Positions 21,944-32,769 of a stretch of 64,000 bases of DNA are shown here, piece by piece. This DNA comes from an uncultured Acidobacteriota bacterium. GTDB lineage: Bacteria; Acidobacteriota; UBA6911. How positions within the stretch are numbered: the stretch's first letter is position 1; the number at the start of each line of letters is the position of its first letter. The notes under the pieces were generated by a model. It was not told the origin of the DNA and did no database searches. It saw nothing but the letters and a program-made list of their open reading frames with translations. The position numbers and the translations under genes are program-made. The DNA lies in assembly GCA_963809485.1 (NCBI GenBank), contig CAWEJX010000015.1:128001-192000 (forward strand). Reading direction: 5' to 3'.

Positions 21944-22621
21944 ATGCAAAAGATTCTTATCGTCGAAGACCAGATTGACCTGGCCAATGGTCTTGAAGTC
22001 AACCTGAAGAAGGAAGGCTATAAAATCCTCAAGACAGGAACTGGCGAGGAAGCAATCCAGATGGCAATCCGCGACTTGCCCGATCTAATCATCCTGGATA
22101 TCATGTTGCCCGGAATCAGCGGCCTGGACGTATGCCGGGAACTGCGCCAGAAATCGATCCGAATCCCGATCATCATGCTGACAGCCAAGAGCGAAGAAGT
22201 GGACCGGGTGATCGGGCTTGAACTGGGGGCAGACGATTACGTCACCAAGCCGTTCAGCCTTCGGGAACTGCTCGCCCGCGTACGGGTATGCCTGCGCCGC
22301 CAGCCGCAGCAGGCCGACATTCCACGCTATCGCTTCGGTCATGTCGAGATTGATTTTGAAAAGTATCGCGTGACGGTTCGAAACAAGCCGGTGGAAATGA
22401 CTCAAAAGGAGGTCGAGCTTATCCGATACATGATCCGAAACCGGGATACCGTTCTTTCTCGCGATCGGCTATTGGACGACGTATGGGGATATGATGCTTA
22501 CCCAACTACCCGCACTGTGGACACCCATATTTTGAAGCTGCGCAAGAAACTTGAGGACGATCCAGCTAATCCCAAATACATCCTTTCGGTTTACGGCGGA
22601 GGCTACAAATTTATTGGCTGA
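21944..22621 (+). CDS. OmpR-family response regulator
   Basis: ILIVED, LDIMLP, GADDYVTKPF, RTVDTHILKLRKK. Confidence 0.95.
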   Translation: MQKILIVEDQIDLANGLEVNLKKEGYKILKTGTGEEAIQMAIRDLPDLIILDIMLPGISGLDVCRELRQKSIRIPIIMLTAKSEEVDRVIGLELGADDYVTKPFSLRELLARVRVCLRRQPQQADIPRYRFGHVEIDFEKYRVTVRNKPVEMTQKEVELIRYMIRNRDTVLSRDRLLDDVWGYDAYPTTRTVDTHILKLRKKLEDDPANPKYILSVYGGGYKFIG

Positions 22622-22681
22622 TCCGGGTGTTTCGGAAACCTCAAGAGTAAAGCATCTCCGGCAGAGCCGGGGATTTAGCAA

Positions 22682-23767
22682 TTGAATCAAAGGCTAAGAA
22701 TATTGGCCATGCCCCTTGAAGCCTCCAATCCCTGCATTAAATGGCCGCCACGCAGCGCCATTTTGATTTTCATAGTTCTGGTTCTCATAATTTCCTACGG
22801 GCTTTATATTGCCAGGCCTCCGACCCATGGCGCCATTGGCAACGGCAGGGTTGTAAATGATTCGGATTATTACATCAGCATTATCAAGCACATCCAGGCC
22901 GGCGAAAATTATTATGCGGCGGCAGCCAGTGAAATGCGCCAGAGACAAACTGAAAGCGGAAGCGCTTTTAACTGGCGATTGCCCACACTCTCCTTGCTTT
23001 TGGCAAATCTTCCAGGCGGGAACGCTCCAAATCTGTTGGCCTTTCTATTAGCCCTGGCGACGCTTTTGATCTGGATGACCATTTTCCATGAGAAGCGGTA
23101 TTCTCTGGTGCAGACGGCCATAGGCACGGTGATACTCACCGGGCCCCTGGCCTATAGCTTTCTGTCTGAGCCTATTCTGTATCATGAGTATTGGGCGGGA
23201 ATTCTTATTGCACTATCACTGGCAGTCTACGGGAAGGGTTGGTGGCGAATATCAGTTTTATGCGGCCTCGCCGCTCTTTCTGTACGAGAACTGGCACTCC
23301 CTTTCGTGTGCTTTATGGCGGTCCTGTCGTATGTAGAAGGCCGTCGACGAGAAACGCTGATCTGGCTATTAGGCATCTTTGCCTTTGGCGGAGCATACTT
23401 TTTTCACTGGTCACTGGCCTCAAGTTTTATCTTAGAAGAGAGTGCAGCCGTGCAAAAGGGGTGGCTGGCCTTCGGTGGCTGGCCATTTGTCTTGAGTACC
23501 GCTCAAATGCATCCCTACCTGTTAATCAGCCCGAAATGGATTACGGCAATTTTATTGCCCCTCGCACTTTTGGGCTATGCAGGATGTCCGGGCAAGCTGG
23601 GTTACAGGATTGCCGGTACGGTTGGAATATACGTGATAGCTTATTGCTTTTGGGGCCGGCCTGAGAATGAATACTGGGGATTGCTGTTCGCCTTCATCGC
23701 GCCCCTCGGGCTTTTAAATGCTCCCATATGTTTGAGAAGTCTCTGGCGCTCCGTGCATAATGCATAA
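22682..23767 (+). CDS. Polytopic membrane protein, GT-C-like
   Basis: N-terminal TM followed by an acidic loop (DSDYY..GENYY..FNWRLP), HEYWAG, VRELALP; about 9-10 TMs. Confidence 0.6.
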   Translation: MNQRLRILAMPLEASNPCIKWPPRSAILIFIVLVLIISYGLYIARPPTHGAIGNGRVVNDSDYYISIIKHIQAGENYYAAAASEMRQRQTESGSAFNWRLPTLSLLLANLPGGNAPNLLAFLLALATLLIWMTIFHEKRYSLVQTAIGTVILTGPLAYSFLSEPILYHEYWAGILIALSLAVYGKGWWRISVLCGLAALSVRELALPFVCFMAVLSYVEGRRRETLIWLLGIFAFGGAYFFHWSLASSFILEESAAVQKGWLAFGGWPFVLSTAQMHPYLLISPKWITAILLPLALLGYAGCPGKLGYRIAGTVGIYVIAYCFWGRPENEYWGLLFAFIAPLGLLNAPICLRSLWRSVHNA

Positions 23768-23831
23768 AACGAATAGGTCTCGCATTTTGGCAGATATAGG
23801 GGAGAGACTGTCGCATATTGACTCGTGATCG

Positions 23832-24918
23832 TCATGAACTGGCCGGATTGTCTTTGTGTTTCTTGCTTAGATGAGATGCAAGCGTGACTGTACCCAGCAA
23901 AAATACGGGCATCGCAACCCGGCTTCCGTTTGCGTCGGGCCCCAGAACGTCCAGGTTAAGGGAAGACAGAAGAAGCAACTGAAAAAGAATTGCTGCCCCC
24001 AGAGGGTGGCGCAGTTTCACAGTGATCAGAGCCCAAGCACCTATTCCCACTGCCAGAGGCACTAAATAATAGGCAAATAGCGTGTCGCCGCTCATCCAGT
24101 AACGTATGCTGTCTCGCCAGCCCGCAAGCGGTAGAGTGAACTCAATAATACCTCCTCGACCGTTCTCAACGAGAAAGTGAAGCGCCACCCACCAGGCTCC
24201 AGCGATTAAAGCTGGGATACCCGCCAGAATGAGGCCTTGCCGGTCTCGTCGCCAAACGGCAATCCCTAGTAACAACAACCAGGTCGGTTCCTTAGTCAGC
24301 GTTGCCAGGGTCCCTGCCCCCAAAGCCAATCGATGCCGTTCGTCGATCGAAAAAACAATGGCAGCAAGGCCGGCTGCAAGGGCCAGATTGTCTGCCGTGG
24401 AAATCCGCATACTCATGCTGGCTCCCGGCAAGAGAGCAAACACCAGTGTTGGCCACATGGGGCCCCCCAAGTTTGAGCGAAAGCAATCCTGTTGCCATCC
24501 CACCCGCAAAAAGCGAGAGTGCACCCACCAAGATTGTGGCCGTGATCAATCCTTTGCCGCCTCCGTGTGGATGAATCATCCAAACAAGAAGCGGAAATGC
24601 TATACGCTGAAGGCGATAACGGGGCCGATCCAAATCCGGGGCTATGCGGTTGGGGTGCAGCGGCTGACGCGCAATTGCATAGAATTGCTGGCCGTCGTGA
24701 CCCAATCCCGGGGGAAGCTTGGCGTTGGGAAAATCTTCAAGGAACACCCGGGCTGACGGCCCTTCCGCTCCGGGGAACACCATGCGGGCAGGATGGGTCC
24801 CCAGTAAATTCGCGGCCTTGATCGCACTCGTTGTGGTGAAGGCAGCCGAGACCAATGCAAGCAGCAATACCATAAGAAGTGCATTCCTCTGCACGACATG
24901 CGGCCGGGGCAGGTTCAA
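23832..24918 (-). CDS. AZOBR_p60025-like cell-surface glycopolymer membrane protein (GT-C-like); one extra base near 24465
   Basis: GHDGQQFYAIARQP..LDRPRYRLQRIAFPLL. Removing one G from the G6 run joins it to GGPMWP..TADNLALA..LTKE. Confidence 0.72.
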
Positions 24919-25079
24919 GATTGAAGTCTCCTTGCGTTAGACCAACGACAGACGCAGTTTGAATGCCATTTCCTGCATGGTCCCCTCCAAATCCTTTGCC
25001 ATTTTGGTCCATTCAGAAATGAGGAACAAGCGTAGATTTCAAATTTTAGGGCACTGCTTCGCTTCTCTTTGTCAGCAGC

Positions 25080-25295
25080 TGTCCATACTGCCTGGCGGCC
25101 TCTTCGATCTGTTGGGCTTCGGTATGTAGACTCGACGTACCGCCTGCGGATGATACTTCTCATTCCTAAGATCTTCTGCCAGTTCGCCCAGCCTCCTTAT
25201 CGCTCCGTAGGACTCAATATCCTCGAAACTCTCACCGTGTACCCCTGCTGCCCCGCCATTGGCTCGACAGCAGTCATATGCAAACGCCAAGATGT
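25080..25295 (-). mobile_element. ltrA: Remnant of a group II intron reverse transcriptase/maturase (N-terminal RT0-RT1 only)
   Basis: DILAFAYDCCRANGGAAGVHGESFEDIESYG..RLGELAEDLRNEKYHPQAVRRVYIPKPNRSKRP matches the NxGAxGVDG and YxPxxVRRVxIPKxxGxxRPLG motifs; truncated before RT2. Confidence 0.85.
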
Positions 25296-26762
25296 CTATC
25301 TCGGCCGAACGGCTCCGGCCACGTCAGTTATGGCAGGACGATAAACAGTGGTTTCCGCCAGATTCGCCATCGGCTCATAGTTCTGCATTATCGCGGCCAT
25401 CATATCGGGCGTCCAGCGTTCCGCGATCATTGACTCCGAAATGTTGGTAATCAAAACAAGGGCAAATTTGCGCGCCTTAATGTCTTCAACCACAGGACTC
25501 TGATCCCATTTACCCCTCACAGAAAGCCTTGCGAATTCATAGGGTTGTATCAAGACGTCCTTGTCGCAGACCACCAACGCGGCCATCATCTCATCCGCCA
25601 AAACGGATCCGGGAGTGGAACGAATTACCTCCTCTAATTGGCGCAGTTCCGGCTCGAATGCGCGACGGATCGATACCTGTGATGTGAAAATGCGGCTGCT
25701 ATCATAGGACCAATATATTTGAAAAGCCAAAGTCAATAGCAACAGAGAATGCAATAGAGCGGGAATTTCCTTGCGCCATCGAGAAAGGGCAAAACCAGTC
25801 AGCACACTCATGCCTGCAATGAATTCCAAGAAGTAGTTTATATGAGCGCCAATCTTGCCAACCGTCAGGCTGGAGAGGATTCCCCCCATTAGATAGGCAA
25901 CGGCGAGCCGCGACCATTGCTGACTTCGGATGAAATGAAAAAATTCAAATATAATCAACACAAAGAGTGGCGCATTAATGTAGAAATTTATTCCCCACAA
26001 ATTACCGAGCCCATTTAACATGAATTTGTCAGCAGTAGCGGTTACCGTATGGAAAAGGAAGCCACCATCTGTCAGCCAATTTAGAAATCCTCCAGTCGTA
26101 AGTACCGCAATCGCCAGAGAAGTGACAAATAGAAAAGCCTTGCGCCAACTGCGTGCGCCAAGAAAAACAAAAATGGCGAGAGGGCCGGAAAGCATGTGAG
26201 ATTGTCGAGTAAATATGGCCGCCAGAAAAAGAAGCAGAGAAAATCCCAGCCCCACCCGGGAATCCGGCCATCGAAACGCGACCAGAATCCCCCAAAGGCT
26301 AAGGGCTAAGGCGACCATATCTATTCGAGCCAGACAACCCCAGGTAATAACAAATGGAGAGCATAGGAACAAAGCTCCCGCAATTACTGCAGCCCATTTG
26401 TCTTTGGTAGCCTGGAAGATAATGAGTGCAATGGCCAGGCTGCATGATAGGGTTGCCAGCACCGATATCATTCGCCCGGTAGCATAGGAAAAACCCAGCC
26501 ATTGGCCCGCAAGCGATGTCATCAGCAGATAAATAGGGGGATAGTTGGCCAATATATAGGGGTAGTCGACCAGATCTTTGGCAGGGGGATAAATTGACCG
26601 TCCCTGAGCAAGATTCCGGGCCAGCACTAAAATTGTCCCTTCTCCATAGTCGAGCGGTACGCTGGCTTCCAGAGCATCTATTGAATGAAAAAGAAAGAAT
26701 CCCACCCCGGCTATAAGCAGGACCCCCAGAACAAAATAGGAAATGCCGGTTAGGTATTTCAT
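25296..26762 (-). CDS. ArnT/PMT-like GT-C glycosyltransferase
   Basis: PLDYGEG, NYPP.Y, GRMISV, ARIDM, FTRQ, GKIGA..NYF; many TMs. Confidence 0.8.
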   Translation of the reverse strand: MKYLTGISYFVLGVLLIAGVGFFLFHSIDALEASVPLDYGEGTILVLARNLAQGRSIYPPAKDLVDYPYILANYPPIYLLMTSLAGQWLGFSYATGRMISVLATLSCSLAIALIIFQATKDKWAAVIAGALFLCSPFVITWGCLARIDMVALALSLWGILVAFRWPDSRVGLGFSLLLFLAAIFTRQSHMLSGPLAIFVFLGARSWRKAFLFVTSLAIAVLTTGGFLNWLTDGGFLFHTVTATADKFMLNGLGNLWGINFYINAPLFVLIIFEFFHFIRSQQWSRLAVAYLMGGILSSLTVGKIGAHINYFLEFIAGMSVLTGFALSRWRKEIPALLHSLLLLTLAFQIYWSYDSSRIFTSQVSIRRAFEPELRQLEEVIRSTPGSVLADEMMAALVVCDKDVLIQPYEFARLSVRGKWDQSPVVEDIKARKFALVLITNISESMIAERWTPDMMAAIMQNYEPMANLAETTVYRPAITDVAGAVRPR

Positions 26763-27153
26763 CAGTCATTCGCTCCATCATCGGCCGCTCATAATAAACA
26801 TCATTTTATAAATTGGATCCAGATTAATAATGAAAATGCAGTCTTCGCCTGGGAAATATTGATTTTCAAGCGGGATGCTTCCCCCGACCGCGCCAGCAAT
26901 ACTCTGTAACGGCGCCATTCATTTGGTTTAAGATAGGTATTGGGGCGGATTCCTGGAGCGCGCCTGAATTGGTGTTTTGTTGGATTCGTGCCCTCCATCC
27001 ATCCGATATCTTTATATGATGTGCGGATACGGCAATCAGCCAATTTGAACGTGAAGAATGCATATTTCTAAACATCAGGCTGTTCTCGTGTCCTGCATAG
27101 AAATGATCGATATGGATTAGGAACGCACCTTAAACTCTTGATCGGATACCCGG

Positions 27154-28638
27154 ATGAATGACTCATTGACTCATCGTCACTGGTGGCGGCTTGGCCCCGC
27201 CAATTTGCTGGTTATCGCTCTGTTCACGGCTTTGCTGGCCACAGGCGCAACCCCTATTACGGACCCGGACCTATGGTGGCATCTTGCAACCGGGCGCTAC
27301 ATCGTTGAGACGCATAGCATTCCTCACAAAGATGTATTTTCATATACCGCGTCCGACCACAAATGGATTACCCACGAATGGCTGACCGAGGTGGGAATGA
27401 TTGGTTTGTATCGCCAAGGCGGTCAGGCAGCATTGATAATGGCAACCTCCATTATCATCACTCTTTCCTTTGCCATCATTTACATGCAATGCGCCGCGCG
27501 GCCGCATCTGGCGATTTTTGCGGTGCTCTTCAGCGCACTGGCCTCCGCCGTTACATGGGGGCCGCGTCCGCAGATTCTCAACATGCTCCTCACCGCCATC
27601 CTGCTGTATCTTTTGTACCAGCTTCGGCAAAAAAGGCGCCCCGTCTGGTGGGCATTTCCAGCGCTCATCGCGCTGTGGGCAAACCTGCATAGCGGCTATT
27701 TTTTGGCCTATATCATCATTGCTTCGGTTCTTATCAGCGATTTGCTTGCCCATCTTCTCGATTACCGCACCTCTGCCACTCTCGACGGACGCGCATTGCG
27801 GAATCTGGCTCTGGTGCTGGGCGTTTGCATCATAGCTGCGGGCCTTAATCCCAACGGCTACAAAATATTATGGTATCCATTTGAGACATTGAGCAGTCAG
27901 GCAATGCAGAAATATATCCAGGAATGGGCGCCGCCGGCCTTCAACCAGCCCCGATATTGGCCGGCCATTGCCCTGTTATTTGCCGGAGTTTTGGCCTTTA
28001 TACTAAGCCGCCGGAGGCGCGATCTTACCGATCTGACGCTCTTTTTCGGGCTGTTATTTATGGCCCTGCTCTCAGCTCGACACATTCCCTTTTTCGCCCT
28101 CGTCTCCGCGCCAATGCTGTCACGATACTTTTCGGATGTCGAGTTGGGACGGCTGCGCTGGGACTTGTCTGCTCCATACTTGCCTCGCCCGATGCCTAAT
28201 GCGCTTGTGCTTATCAACTGGCTGCTTGTGCTGGTGTTTGTCGCGGTTGGCGCATCCCGAGTATCCAAGGTGCTGGCAGAAAACCAGCAGGTAAATCCGG
28301 CCCGCTTTCCTGTCCATGCCGTCGAATTCGTCCAGCGGCAGGGATTGGCCACACAACGGATCTACAATTCTTACGACTGGGGCGGATACCTGATATGGCG
28401 GGGTTTCAAAGTCTTTATCGACGGACGCGCCGATGTCTACCTGGATGATTTTATCAATCAATATGCACTTGCCTATTTGATTCAGGATGACTGGCGTGTC
28501 CCCCTGAACAAATTTTCCGTGGATTATATCCTCATCGAGCGGCAGGCACCGCTGGCAATCCTGCTGCGGGAAACCGATGAGTGGCGGCAAATCTATAAGG
28601 ACGATCTCGCAATCATCCTATCGAGATTGCGTCCATAG
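27154..28638 (+). CDS. GT-C-like membrane protein, DxDxWWHL family
   Basis: ITDPDLWWHLATGRYI..IP..D.FSYT, THEWL, RPQ, LWANLHSGY, IQEW, WGGYLIW..FIDGRADVY. Confidence 0.78.
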   Translation: MNDSLTHRHWWRLGPANLLVIALFTALLATGATPITDPDLWWHLATGRYIVETHSIPHKDVFSYTASDHKWITHEWLTEVGMIGLYRQGGQAALIMATSIIITLSFAIIYMQCAARPHLAIFAVLFSALASAVTWGPRPQILNMLLTAILLYLLYQLRQKRRPVWWAFPALIALWANLHSGYFLAYIIIASVLISDLLAHLLDYRTSATLDGRALRNLALVLGVCIIAAGLNPNGYKILWYPFETLSSQAMQKYIQEWAPPAFNQPRYWPAIALLFAGVLAFILSRRRRDLTDLTLFFGLLFMALLSARHIPFFALVSAPMLSRYFSDVELGRLRWDLSAPYLPRPMPNALVLINWLLVLVFVAVGASRVSKVLAENQQVNPARFPVHAVEFVQRQGLATQRIYNSYDWGGYLIWRGFKVFIDGRADVYLDDFINQYALAYLIQDDWRVPLNKFSVDYILIERQAPLAILLRETDEWRQIYKDDLAIILSRLRP

Positions 28639-28755
28639 CGCTCTGCTGCGCTCTTGATCCGCTTCAAGCCAAGGGTAACCCACTAATAGGCTCCCCAGGA
28701 TCAAGTAGCGGGCTGATAAAAGGCCTGTGCAATGAAAATGTAGCAGCCCAAACAT

Positions 28756-29955
28756 CTACGATCCAGACTCCCTTCGGTTTGCCAATAAGGCGCTCCTGCT
28801 TGCTTTGGCTGACTTGCCACCAAGCCAGTAAAGAATCCAGAGCGCAAAGGGCACCCAAAGGTTGGTGAACTCGCCATAGTTGAAATAGGAAAACTTGCAG
28901 GCAATGATTACGACGGCGAGCTGAATACCGGCAAGGCCTGCCGCCAACCACCAATTACGAGCCGGACTGTGCGCGAACCAGACCAAAACCATAATCACAA
29001 CAGGAAGCAAGACAACCCAATCTGTCGTCCAGCAGAAACTGCAGGTCGCGATAGAGAAGAGGAGTATGGAATTCAGGTGGCTGTTCCAGGAGAAATTTGG
29101 CATCCACCGGTGATGCAGAAATATGGTGCCTAACCAACCTGCCAGCATCGGGACAAAACGCAACCACCAAATGGCAGGGGAAAACAGGCACATTAGCAGG
29201 ACGCCTGATGACGGCGTCATCCAAACAAGCGGCCCGGGGCCTGACTTTAGAGCGGCCAGGTATCCAAAGATAGCCGAAGGGTTGATTGCCAAAATCAAGC
29301 ATACCGAGACCAGTAAAAAAATGAGCGTCCCAGCCAAAATCCGCCAGCGCCGTCTCTTCCAGATCCAGAACACAAGTACGATCCAGAACAGATGGATCAG
29401 CTGCGGTTTGAGCGAAATCGCCAGGGCGGCAAAACCACCCGCTAAATCGTGTTTTTGGTCAATAGCCCAGAGAAAAACTATCAAGCCTCCCAGCACCAGC
29501 AAATTGACCTGACCCTGAAACAGAGCCAATAGACAGGGAAGAAACAACAACCCGCCAAGCCAGCCAATCCACCGTCTGGTCGGCGGCCCGCCTGATTTCA
29601 GCCATAGCCAGTCTGCCCCATAAACCAATATTCCGATCCCGACAACGAAAAAAACGCCCCTTGCAATCCCATAGGGCATCAAGATAAAGGGAAGCATAAA
29701 TAAGATAGTCCAGGGCGGATTCCACATAATAGCCGGATTTTCACTTACCCCAACGCTCTTCTGAACCTGTAGAAGCTCATTGGCGCTATATGGATCTCCG
29801 CCCGATAAGAACACTCTGCCGGCCGACCAGTAATTCAGAAAATCGCCAAATTTGAGGAGACCGGATGAAACTGCGCCATCTATTTTGTAGACAATCCAGG
29901 CAGAGAGACCAAGAATGAGAATCCAAATAGAAATGCGTCGAATGCTCATTCCCAT
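28756..29955 (-). CDS. GT87/DUF2029-like glycosyltransferase
   Basis: GDFLNYWSAGR..GGDPY, WNPPW, GQVN, LKPQL. Confidence 0.82.
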   Translation of the reverse strand: MGMSIRRISIWILILGLSAWIVYKIDGAVSSGLLKFGDFLNYWSAGRVFLSGGDPYSANELLQVQKSVGVSENPAIMWNPPWTILFMLPFILMPYGIARGVFFVVGIGILVYGADWLWLKSGGPPTRRWIGWLGGLLFLPCLLALFQGQVNLLVLGGLIVFLWAIDQKHDLAGGFAALAISLKPQLIHLFWIVLVFWIWKRRRWRILAGTLIFLLVSVCLILAINPSAIFGYLAALKSGPGPLVWMTPSSGVLLMCLFSPAIWWLRFVPMLAGWLGTIFLHHRWMPNFSWNSHLNSILLFSIATCSFCWTTDWVVLLPVVIMVLVWFAHSPARNWWLAAGLAGIQLAVVIIACKFSYFNYGEFTNLWVPFALWILYWLGGKSAKASRSALLANRRESGS

Positions 29956-30049
29956 CTGACCTATCTACCCCCGGTTAGCTGCACAGTTTCATAAGTTGTA
30001 TGGACCGGTAATTCATGCACGTGCAAAACGGGGTATCTTCCTCTTCAAG

Positions 30050-31174
30050 CTAGGTGCTCACTGGACTGATTTTGGTTGCAGGGAGCCTTGAGTCGTGGAC
30101 CAACAGCACTATCAGCGCGACCAATGCCGCGAGCAAAATGCCGCCGTAGCGAAGCAATTGAAAAATGTATGGTATGGATGAAAAAAGAAATAGGCTGACG
30201 TAAGTTGTCGGCCTTCGGCCATGCTTAAAAGCAAAGAGCAGAATCGGCAAAAGCAAAAGGCAATCATAGACGTAGCTATGGGAGGTTAGCAGGATGCCCC
30301 CGAGGGCTGCAAATCCATATGAAATTTCAAAATCCGGATGCTTCACTATCCCATAAAGAATTAAAGCAAGAGTCAGTGCAGCAGCATATGCTTCAAGCCC
30401 GGTATTCTGGAAAATACTGTAGATATTGGGCATGGTCCCCATGCCGAGTGACATGTAAGAGCTGCGAATAATATTGTAGTATTCTTTTGGCCATCCAAAC
30501 CCTGCAACAAGAGTGCTGCCGGCTATCCAAAGGGCAACGCCAGATGCAGCGCCACCGAACATTTGCCACCTCTTGTGACGAATGAGCGCGAAGGGAACGA
30601 GAAAAAACAAATGGAACTTGATCAAGCAGGCTGAAAGTGCCAGTCCGGCGAGCCAATGCCGGCCTCTTCTGGCCAATAACAGGCTGGCAGTAAAAAAGAA
30701 AAGGACCAGCGTCACGTCCTGCCCCCTGCCGAGTGCGTGCATCAGTGGAAAAAACAAAAGCATTACAGCCACAATGAGCCTATTCCTCGTCATGAGCAAG
30801 ATCGACCATATGGCAGCCCCCAGGCTCAGGATTTGAAAGAGAAGGTATGCCGTGCGATAGGGCATCCAAGTAAATGGGCGCAGCAGCGCGGCATAGACCG
30901 GAGGCCGGGTGTAATATATTCCGATTGGATGCCACCCCACCGTTCGTTTATGAAATTCCTCGTTTCCCTGAAACGAATACAATTGGTTCGTTCCAACAAG
31001 CGAAGCTCCGGTATAGAGCACGAGGAAATCCTCATGCCCGCGGCCGAATCCGGCCCAATCCATTGAAATACTCCAGAAACACATAGCGGAGAACAAGCCC
31101 ATCAGAATGATCAGGTAGATCAGATAGGTCGAATAATCCGCCGTTTTCCACAGTTTTCCGTCCGGGATATCCAT
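30050..31174 (-). CDS. GT87/DUF2029-like glycosyltransferase
   Basis: DFLVLYTGA, YTRPPVY, GQD, IKFHL, HSYVYD. Confidence 0.8.
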   Translation of the reverse strand: MDIPDGKLWKTADYSTYLIYLIILMGLFSAMCFWSISMDWAGFGRGHEDFLVLYTGASLVGTNQLYSFQGNEEFHKRTVGWHPIGIYYTRPPVYAALLRPFTWMPYRTAYLLFQILSLGAAIWSILLMTRNRLIVAVMLLFFPLMHALGRGQDVTLVLFFFTASLLLARRGRHWLAGLALSACLIKFHLFFLVPFALIRHKRWQMFGGAASGVALWIAGSTLVAGFGWPKEYYNIIRSSYMSLGMGTMPNIYSIFQNTGLEAYAAALTLALILYGIVKHPDFEISYGFAALGGILLTSHSYVYDCLLLLPILLFAFKHGRRPTTYVSLFLFSSIPYIFQLLRYGGILLAALVALIVLLVHDSRLPATKISPVST

Positions 31175-31459
31175 CTTTATCTTTTTTACGAGGCCTTATT
31201 ACACCTGCGTGTAAATTATTAGTATCGAAATTGATCGGGCCATTGACGGAATACGGTTCCACGCACATCTTACCTGTGAAACGGATGAGACGGAAGCGAG
31301 ATCTGCAAGCAGCCTGACTCCCCTCTTGTACGGCCGGGGGCTGATAGCGTTTGAAAACGTTCAGATACAGTCCCATGTCTGAAACAAGATCCGAAAATGC
31401 GTAACCCTGTCCGGGATCCGGTTCTTGACGCAATGGGGAGAGAACGCTAATCTTCGTCC

Positions 31460-32659
31460 GTGAAACACAGATGGCATTTTTTCCTCATACTCTCCGTAAT
31501 AGCCCTGGTCTTTCGATTCGTGCTGAGCATGTCATGGGTCGAAGTTGCGGATACGGCCAACTATCGCACAGTAGCAGAGACCCTGGCCGCTGGAGGTCAC
31601 CTGTACAGAGACACTCCGGGGATCTATCCATATCCCCCGGTTTGGGCTGTTTTCGAACGCGTTGCACTTTACCTGTCACAGAACAGTCCGCTTCCGTTCC
31701 GCCTTTGGATCGAAATTCCCGGGATGCTTGGGGATCTCGGCATTGCGTTGCTTCTTTTTAAAATCGGGAAGTCCTCTCTTTTGTTCGCCTCGCTTTATCT
31801 TTTCAATCCCATTTCGATCGCGATATCCTCGATGCATGGCCAGTTCGATTCGATACCGGTTTTTTTTCTGCTGCTTGCGTGCTTTATCTTTCAGGATCTC
31901 GGCCGTCCCTTCATCGCAATGACCAGCCTCGCAGCCGGAATAGCCCTGAAGTCCTTTCCGGTATTGATGCTTCCCTTTTTCCTCATTCGGATCCGGACTG
32001 TACAGAAGAAGGTCATCGCTCTAAGCATCGCCGTGGGCCCCGTTATTTGCCTGCTGTTCCCATTTTATCTGGCAGACAGCCAGGCTCTGGCAAGACAGCT
32101 CTTCGGGTATGGCGGAGTTGCGGATCATGGTTGGCTTGTGGTTGCGAAAGCAATGGCTGCCTTAATTAAGCCTTCCTTCATCCCGGCTCTCTTGCCGTTT
32201 GGCACGATTTTGGGATTGGCTGCATTCGGCGCGTGCCTGACAATTGCGGGCATCAAGATGTCACAGCTGGTCAGATCGGGTCATGATTTGAACCTTTATG
32301 ATGCTTCCGCATTGGTTTTTACAGCCTTTTTCGCATTCTATCCAGGCATAAGCAGCCAATATTTCATCTGGCTGCTCCCCTGGCTGATTATGCGGGACAG
32401 GGAATCAGCAGCAGTTTACACGGTTTTATCATCCCTTGCGCTGGCAGCCTTCTATGCTTATATATGGCCCGATATTCTATACGGCCCCTTCGATCATATA
32501 GTGGCAGCCCCTTCGTTGCTGGTTGTCCTCTATTTGGGATTCACGCTCTTGTGGTGGCTATTCTGCTTCACACGCTTGCCTTCAATATTTATAAAAGCAA
32601 CCAGGGTCTCCCTTCGAGATTCCCGTCCCGATAGCAATCCTGTCCATGAAGAGGCGTGA
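31460..32659 (+). CDS. GT87/PIG-M-like GT-C glycosyltransferase
   Basis: ADTANY, YPYPP.W, LYLFNP, HGQFDSIP, LKSFP, QYFIWLLP. Confidence 0.8.
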   Translation: MKHRWHFFLILSVIALVFRFVLSMSWVEVADTANYRTVAETLAAGGHLYRDTPGIYPYPPVWAVFERVALYLSQNSPLPFRLWIEIPGMLGDLGIALLLFKIGKSSLLFASLYLFNPISIAISSMHGQFDSIPVFFLLLACFIFQDLGRPFIAMTSLAAGIALKSFPVLMLPFFLIRIRTVQKKVIALSIAVGPVICLLFPFYLADSQALARQLFGYGGVADHGWLVVAKAMAALIKPSFIPALLPFGTILGLAAFGACLTIAGIKMSQLVRSGHDLNLYDASALVFTAFFAFYPGISSQYFIWLLPWLIMRDRESAAVYTVLSSLALAAFYAYIWPDILYGPFDHIVAAPSLLVVLYLGFTLLWWLFCFTRLPSIFIKATRVSLRDSRPDSNPVHEEA

Positions 32660-32769
32660 TGTCCTGTGGCTGTCGCCAATGCCCGGTAATTCCACTTTAG
32701 AAAATCGGAGTCCGGCGCACGTGCAAGTCCGGCGCGGCAGGTGTATTATCGGCATGGAGTGATGCCGCA

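Noticed and set aside
25072-25290. Retron, DGR or functional RT system
   Set aside because: Only the N-terminal ~70 aa are present, with no catalytic YADD, template repeat or ncRNA.
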